From: Octopus vulgaris
Taxonomy: Eukaryota
Length of the DNA stretch: 64,000 bases
Assembly: GCA_951406725.2 (NCBI GenBank)
Contig: OX597833.1
Location: 35,774,001-35,838,000 of the forward strand
Direction: 5' to 3'
In this document: positions 56,115-64,000 of the stretch, piece by piece
How the letters are laid out: every line of letters begins with the position of its first letter
Position numbering within the stretch: position 1 is the stretch's first letter
Translations under genes and position numbers: made by a program
Notes under the pieces: generated by a model
What the model saw: the letters and a program-made list of their open reading frames with translations, nothing else
Told to the model about the DNA's origin: nothing
Database searches by the model: none

Positions 56115-56498
56115 GTGTACATATTTACATAAGTATATACTACACACACACGCATCAATATTACATACCTACATATATTATTATTATTATTATCATTATT
56201 ATTATTATTATTATCATCATCATCATTATTATTATTATTATCATTATTATCATTATTATTATTGTTAGTATTATTATTACTATTATTATTGTTGTTGTTG
56301 ATGTTGTTGTTATATCGGCGTTTTCTTTGGTATTTGCAGAAGATGACTGCAAGTATTATCCAGATACCCTCAAGAGACAAGTCAGAAGTTCAAGTTGGTG
56401 TTATGACTAGAGTGTCACTTATTTGGTTTTGCGCATTTTTTCTTATATCATATAATTATTATTATTATTATTATTATTATTATTGAGTGAGAGAGCAG

Positions 56499-56639
<141 letters not shown>

Positions 56640-56659
56640 CATCATCATCATCATCATCA

Positions 56660-56735
<76 letters not shown>

Positions 56736-56977
56736 TATCATTATCATTATTATTATTATTAAATCATTATTAATTATTTTCAAGATCCACTTGAACCTAG
56801 GTATTTTAATAATGACACCAATTTAGGTTCGAGAATGGCATATCCGAGTATCGGCTATATATATATATATGGACACTCAAGCATATATTTATGTATACAT
56901 GCAGATTTGTCATATTCTTTGCGTATACATGCATAAGACGAGATCAATACACTCATCAAAATAAGTAGACATATATA

Positions 56978-57382
56978 GGCGCAGGTGTGGCTGTGTGGTA
57001 AGTAGCTTGCTTACCATCCACATGGTTCTGGGTCCCAGTCCCACTGTGTGGCACCTTGGGCAATAGTCTTCTACTATAGAGCTCGAGCCGACCAAAGCCT
57101 TCTGAATGGATTTGGTAGACGGAAACTGAAAGAAACCCGTCGGATAAATGTATATGTATATATACATATATACGGTGTGTGTTTGTATGTCTGTGTTTGT
57201 CCCTCCAACATCGCTTGACAACCGATGCTGGTGTGTTCGCGTCCCCATAAATTAGCGGTTCGGCAAAAGATACCGATAGAAAAAGTACTAGGCTTACAAA
57301 GAATAAGTCCTGGTCGATTTGGTCGACTAAAGGCGGTGCTCCAACATGGTCACAGTCAAGTGACTGAAGCAAGTAAAAGAGT
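56978..57382 (+). mobile_element. Full-length family B SINE
   Basis: ggcgcaggtgtggctgtgtggtaagtagcttgc...aaggcggtgctccaacatgg...aagtaaaagagt. Confidence 0.92.
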
Positions 57383-57763
57383 ATATACATATATACATAT
57401 ATATATATATATACTTTTCATCTTTCAGTCATATGACTGCAACAATGCTGGGGGAAGAAATCGACCTGAGGACTTATTCTTTGTAAGCCTAGTACTTATT
57501 CCATCGGTTTCTTTTGCCGAACTACTAATATATATATACATATAACTCCAAGAAAGTTAGGGGTTGTGAATTCAACCCACTAAGGGTACTAATTTATATT
57601 GATGTTTTTAATAGCCACTCGTATCCTTATCTTATATGCATAGAATAATATGCTATATGTATGTATGTTATTATAATTATCAGTTTAATAAATAAATAAG
57701 TTAACATTTTTAATGTCCTAAAGTTGATGAACCAACTATTGTTCTCCTCCATTTTCTTATTTG

Positions 57764-57813
<50 letters not shown>

Positions 57814-57927
57814 CTTCTTCCCTTCTTTCCTGAGCGACCAATAATACTTTTGTTTGTTCCACGTCCTCGCGTTGCTGTGTTTTTTTTTGTGTTTTCTTGT
57901 TTGGATTAACTTTATATATATATATAT

Positions 57928-58157
57928 ATATAATGGTTGTATACTGTCAATCTAACAAGAACGTGACAGTAGGGGGTACACCACCGTTATATAGCCCTAG
58001 GAGGCATCGAACGCCTCCTGACAGCTTCGACACATTTATCCATTTTAAAATGTGTCGAAGCTGTCGGAGGCGTTCGATGCCTCCTATAGGCTATATACGG
58101 TGGTGTACCCCCCTACTGTCACGTTCTTATTAGATTGACAGTATACAACCATTATAT
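57928..58157. mobile_element. About 230-bp near-perfect foldback element (MITE-like) in (TA)n context
   Basis: Arms of about 110 bp run atataatggttgtatactgtcaatctaa ... ttagattgacagtatacaaccattatat. Each arm has an internal hairpin ggaggcatcgaacgcctcc. Confidence 0.8.
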
Positions 58158-58208
58158 CAGCTCCACCACCGTACACCTCTCTACGAGAGATTTAGAAACT
58201 CAATATTT

Positions 58209-58261
<53 letters not shown>

Positions 58262-58503
58262 GACGGGCTTCTTTCAGTTTCTGCCTTCTAAAAAAATTCA
58301 CAATGCTTTGGCTAGCCTGAGGCTATAGAACACACCTTCCAAGTGCCACGCAGTAGGAGTGAACCCAGAAGCATGTGGTTTTATATCAGGCCTCTTGCCA
58401 CACAGCCACACCGGTGCCTATCCAATTATGTCATGAAAAATTCATACGAATTTTATTTTCATATGTTCAATACTTATATGTGTGTGTATGTGTGTGTGTG
58501 TGT

Positions 58504-58566
<63 letters not shown>

Positions 58567-58677
58567 CATGTGCGTGTGTGTATGCATGTATATATGTGTG
58601 TGTTATCGAATTTGAAAGTGAGAATTTGTCTCGCGCTTCTAGTCTCTAACAATTGCGATCTTCAGGTGGGAATACCA

Positions 58678-58729
58678 GTTTTTACCTGATGATCGCTGTG
58701 GCGTGAAACAGTTCCATTACTAAAAAAAC
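58678..58729 (+). ncRNA. Degenerate hammerhead ribozyme core
   Basis: CTGATGA-T CGC TGTG GCG T-GAAAC. Stem III and the cleavage site appear damaged. Confidence 0.4.
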
Positions 58730-58922
58730 CTATGCCCTCTTTCATTTGTAAGACATAATCCAACGTAAGCTAATTCATATATACAGATGTATGTAAATAT
58801 TCATGTATGCATGCATGTAGGTAGTAAATCCTCCCCCCCCCCAAAAAAAACACAACAAAAAAACGCGAGGACGCAGTACATGCAAAGAAATTAGCAGACG
58901 CTCAGGGAAGGAACGAAAGGTA

Positions 58923-58961
58923 GTTTTTACCATGTTTCGAGAAAAGCTCTTCATCAAAAAC
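58923..58961 (-). ncRNA. Minimal hammerhead-like motif in a Penelope-type repeat (partial copy near 57810-57910)
   Basis: Minus strand gttt-TTGATGA-agagcttttctc-GAAACATGGTA-aaaac, with C3 changed to T. Confidence 0.45.
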
Positions 58962-59247
58962 AGCAGACGGAGAAAAGTCCAAGAGAAAAGGAAGACGGAG
59001 GGAAAACATCGCCAACGATCCATATGTGGCTACATTTAGAAAAAAATGTATGTATGCATTCTTATATGTATGCATATATATATATATAATTATGCGTATA
59101 TACGTGCACATATGTATACTTCGATATTTTATAATTTTCAACTGTACTTCGATGCATGTGTTAATATATCAATGTATATCTTTTGTAGGTTTGCTCTTTT
59201 AAAAGCCAGACTGATTGGATGATATAAACTAATATCTGTCTAAAGCA

Positions 59248-59535
59248 CTAGTTCTCAACCGAGGTTCATATGACCCCTTGAGGGTCCATGCAACGAAATA
59301 ATAAACTGGAGGTCTGCAATGGCGTTTTAAGGGCCCCTAATAAAAATCACGTCTGTATTGATAGGTATTGCAAGACACAACTTAGTTTCTTTCTGTAGTC
59401 CAAGCTACACAAGTTAATGTGTGAAAACCAAAATGATAAATTTAAAAGAAGTTTCTGTAAAACTAATTTTCAAACATGGAACGGCTATGGGGGTCTACCA
59501 GAGTAAAATAGCAATCAAAATGGTTGAGAACCATC
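59248..59535. mobile_element. hAT-type MITE
   Basis: tagttctcaaccg ... ggttgagaacca, with a body similar to 17912-18253. Confidence 0.78.
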
Positions 59536-60574
59536 AAAACTCTAAATAATTTCCTTGTGGCAATGTCTTTGTATTAATCATATCCATCTTCATAACCAAT
59601 TCGGTAAAATATTCATCATTTAGTTTGACTTCTCAGTAAGTCAAACATCCTCGTTTCTTTTTCCGTTGTCTTTATATTTCATTTTGTTTCTACTTTTTCC
59701 CCTTCTCTGATATTTTATTTATTCCATTTTTTTTTTTTTTGCTTTACTTTGCTAATCATCTCTTTTGCTTTACATTTCTTTTTCTTTTGATTTCCTTTGC
59801 TTTTTACTCGAAAATTGCAAGTAAAGCATTTTTCTTACATATATAGGTATATTTATATTTATTCACAGATGTTTAAGTACATTTGTAACTTATATGTATA
59901 TATAGTATATATATCTATTATAGATTTAAATTGTTTCTATATTTTTATATGTACATTTATGTCTATAAATTATTCGTATATCTGTATATTCTTATAGCAT
60001 GGTCAAGATTTTATTTTAAAATTGAAGCATTTAAAAAAAAATCAAAATGACATTGTTATTAATCAATGACATTCGCCTTAACAACCAGTTCAGTAGAACG
60101 TGTTTAATTTTGATTTGACACGGCTGACTGGACATTCTGCTTGTTTTGGCTACATCATCACTTGGTGCTGGATGAAAACACACAAACACACTCTCACACA
60201 TGTACACTCGTGCAGATATATACACATTGACAAACATAAAGTGATATTTTTTCCTTCCTTTATCCACTACAGAGTGCCTTGCAGAGGCATAACATAGTGG
60301 TTAAAGGCGTTGGTTAATGCAGTGCACACACCTAGAGGTTCTCAGTTCAATCTCAAGTAAGGCACTAAGATGTATTCACTAAAAAAAACAGAACAGAAAA
60401 ATTAACTGATGCAAAAATGTTACAGTGACACAAGACACCTGAAAAAGGCTCGAGCAGACAGCAGCCGAAACATAGTGAAAGCAACAAATGAACTGAGGAC
60501 ACCACACTGACTAATGTAAATATATAATATATAAATTCCTCATCTCAAAAATATAGCATTGTATTATCCATTGC

Positions 60575-60622
<48 letters not shown>

Positions 60623-60751
60623 TGCACAGATTGATGCAATACAATTGGATACACAATATCCTATCCATAACGGATAGTTGCAGGATGGGTCGAAACGATC
60701 GTCGTACTGAATAAAGACTAGTGCTAAATCTATCTTCCGTTTCCTACATCA

Positions 60752-60841
<90 letters not shown>

Positions 60842-60844
<3 letters not shown>

Positions 60845-62531
60845 TAGTTTCATTTTTATAGCGTGCTTTCACTTCACTACCGACGCAGCTCTGTGTACCT
60901 TGGGTATGTGCTGTGATTTGTTGTGATGCTTTGATGGTTATTGTATGGAAAGTGTTCTGCGTAGGATGTGTGCAGTGCCTAGTAGAGCAATTTTCTGTAT
61001 GTTATATGTGTTTATAAGTCCTGGTGTTTTTGTTATGTATTTGTCTGAATATTTTTTTATCATGCCTAATGCACCTACTATGATAGGAATTGTTTCTGCT
61101 TTTAGATTCCACATTCTGGTTACCTCTATTTCCAGGTCTTTGTATTTTGAAAGTTTCTCCATTTCTTTTAGAGACACGTTGTCATCTGCCGGTATTGATA
61201 CATCAATTAGAAAGCATTTTTTTTCTTCATGATCTCTGACAACTATATCTGGTCTGTTGGCCTTAATTTCTCTATCTGCGTGTATCGGCATATCCCAGAG
61301 TATGGTTGCTTTCTCGTTTTCTGTGACCTTTTCTTGTGTGTGCCTATACTATCTTTTTCTGTTGTTATTCCATAATGTTGGCATAGCTTCCAGTGTATGT
61401 AGGTTCCAACTCTGTCATGTCTGTGAATATGTTCCTTCTTAGCCCAGGACTGGGCAGCCAGAGATAATATGATTTATTGTTTCTTGTCCATCTCCACATA
61501 TTCTGCAGTTACTTGTTATATTTCTTTTCATTACATGTTTTTGGTAATTTCTGGTGGGGAGGCTTTGGTCTTGTGCTGCAATTAAAAATCCCTCTGTCTC
61601 TGCTTTGAGTCCTGAGCTTCTCAACCATTGCTGGGATTTTTCTTTGTCTATTTTGCGTTTAGTTTAGTCCAGTATTTACCATGAAGGGGATTTTCTTGCC
61701 ATCGTTTTATCATGGTTCGTTGCTGTTCTATTTTTAGTTTGGATTTCATTTGTTTTATAGCTTTTGTTGTTTCTTCTTCTTCTTCTTCTTCTTCTTCTTC
61801 TTCTTCTTCTTCTTCTTCTTCTTCTTCTTCTTCTTCTTCTTCTTCTTCTTCTTCTTCTTCTTCTCCTTCTTCTTCTTCTTCTTCTTCTTCTTCTTCCTTC
61901 TTCTCCTTCTTCTTCTTCATCTTCTCCTTCTTCTTCTTCTTCTTCTTCTTCTTCTTCTTCTTCTTCTTCTTCTTCTTCTTCTTCTTCTTCTTCTTCTTCT
62001 TCATATTTATTAGGTGGTATGATTTCTTGTTTGTATTTGTCAGCTTCCTTAAATACTGAGAACAGTTTTTTGTTTTGCTCGTGTTTTGCTGCTATTTGTA
62101 TCAGTTTTCCTTCCTTCTGAAGTAGATATTTTTGCAGTCCTATGGTGGTTATTTTATAGTAGTTTTCCAGCTGTATAAGGCCTCTACCACCTTCTATACG
62201 TTGTATATATAGTCTTTCTATGTCATATTTTGGGTGATGCATCCTAGATCCTGTCATTATTTTTCTTGTTTTCCTATCTATTTTGGTCAGTTCATTTAGT
62301 GTCCAGTTAAGGATATTGTAGCTGTAACGTATAACTGGGACAGCTAAAGTGTTAATACCTATTGTCTTGTTTTTAGCATTGAGCTCTGTTTTCAGCATTG
62401 ATCTAACTCGTCTATAATATTATTTTTTTATTTTCTCTTTCATTTGTGTGTGTTGTGTCTTATCTAGTTCATGGATTCCTAAGTATTTGTAAGTTTGGCT
62501 TTGGTCTAATTCTTTTATTTCATTGGTTTTA

Positions 62532-62534
<3 letters not shown>
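60842..62534 (-). mobile_element. Relatively young 5'-truncated R4/Dong LINE (RT C-terminus, CCHC, REL endonuclease) flanked by (TAA)n
   Basis: YKYLGI, INTLAVPVIRYS, RLYIQRIEGGRGL, ETEGFLIAAQDQSL, CRICGDGQETINHIISGC, RPDIVVRD...LIDVSIP...EKLSKYKDL and IPIIVGALG. Confidence 0.95.
61771..62002. repeat. (GAA/TTC)n expansion inside the LINE ORF
   Basis: About 230 bp between ...PPNKY and TTKAIKQMK. Confidence 0.95.
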
Positions 62535-62592
<58 letters not shown>

Positions 62593-62633
62593 TACTATTA
62601 TTATTATTATTATTATTATTATTGCTGTTGATG

Positions 62634-62682
<49 letters not shown>

Positions 62683-62789
62683 AATGTAAATGCATTTATA
62701 TATATCCTTTAATGAGATTCATGAGAGCGCTCGTATTTGTGTGGGCATACATGTTTGTTTTATTCCTCAGGAGATATGTGTAGATTACA

Positions 62790-63150
62790 TTCCTTTTAAA
62801 TGGGGCTAAAGGGATTTCTTCGTCCGTATTGACTAGGAAATGAAAGCCAAGATGCCCGATATTGTTACGAAGGACAGGAAGGATGTTAAGTGTATTCTTA
62901 TTGACATTGCACAACCTTCTGAAACGGTAGAAAAACATTCGTTAAAGTTTCAGAGAAACTTGTCAAGTACAAATAACTGGAGGTCGAAATCAACAGGTTG
63001 TAGAATATATAAACCGAAATATTACTAGTGGTCAGTGTAGCTCTAGAACTCATAAGAAAGTTCACCAGTGTACCATCATCAAGTAGTGCAGACGATCGCA
63101 GTACTTGGAGCAGATCCTGTACGACGAAGTATACAGTCAATCAAATATCT
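62790..63150 (+). mobile_element. Old R4/Dong REL-endonuclease remnant
   Basis: KMPDIVTKDRKDVKCILIDIAQP matches the PD...D REL motif. Confidence 0.75.
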
Positions 63151-63407
63151 TCCCCATTGCGCACCAGACAAATAATTTGTATTTGGTCTACAGGAACTGC
63201 AAAAGCATCAAGAACAACGCTGCAGTTATTTTTTATAACAAAGAGGATTCATGCATACAACAAAGATTTCAAAATGACTGTACTATAGGGGAAAATGCAT
63301 AAGTATTGTTTTATGAAAATCTGTAGTAAGGCAAAGGTGTCATGCAATTTACTGTGACATTAAAAACAGAAAAATACACACACATACCCATACCCACGCA
63401 TACACAC

Positions 63408-63534
<127 letters not shown>

Positions 63535-64000
63535 AGAGGTCACTCGCCCACGACGAGAAGCTACTTTATGGGTTCGAACACCTTACAATTCAATGTAGTT
63601 GTAGTTGACATCCGTATTCTTTATGAATCTTATAGTTCACTCCATTTATCAACCAGCTCTCCTTTCTTGTTTTATGCAATTAGCATAACAGTACATGCGC
63701 ACGAGTGCATGTGTGTGTTTTAGGCACTAATATGATTATTTAGTTACGAAATTCACTTTGCAAATTTATGCTTCTAACTTCTATTCCATTTCATTGCTTT
63801 GCACTTCACACAAGCATTTTCATTTGATCTTTAAACGACTAATACGTGAAAGGGATTTGGTAGCCAGAATCTGCTGTCGAAAATGTGTGTGCGTGTAATA
63901 CACACACCACCATCACCCACTTATACATTGAAATAAATATATTTCATTTTATATTATACTGAGGCTGGGTGCATTTAATAAAACCCAAGCAGGGCCTTCT

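Overview
This is AT-rich, microsatellite-saturated eukaryotic DNA. The SINE and LINE repertoire strongly resembles an octopus (coleoid cephalopod) genome, which is an inference from recognised repeat families. I see no intact protein-coding gene, and nearly all ORFs in the track are simple-repeat translations or decayed transposon fragments. The window holds many tRNA-derived SINEs in three families, R4/Dong, Tx1, RTE and CR1-like LINE fragments, three mariner relics, hAT-type MITEs, two non-autonomous Helitrons, Penelope-type fragments, local tandem and inverted duplications, and a 100-N gap. The best leads are: a complete type I hammerhead-ribozyme fold inside a perfect 60-bp-arm palindrome (44753-44874) plus several degenerate hammerhead cores; a few short + strand candidate exons (2553-2594, 11220-11282, 34569-34594), the last also resembling an AG|GT recursive splice site; two motif-dense unique islands (YY1+CRE near 4.85 kb, GC box+CTCF+YY1 near 25.65 kb); and several long foldbacks. 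I cannot demonstrate a new biological system from sequence alone. Coordinates of decayed repeats are approximate.
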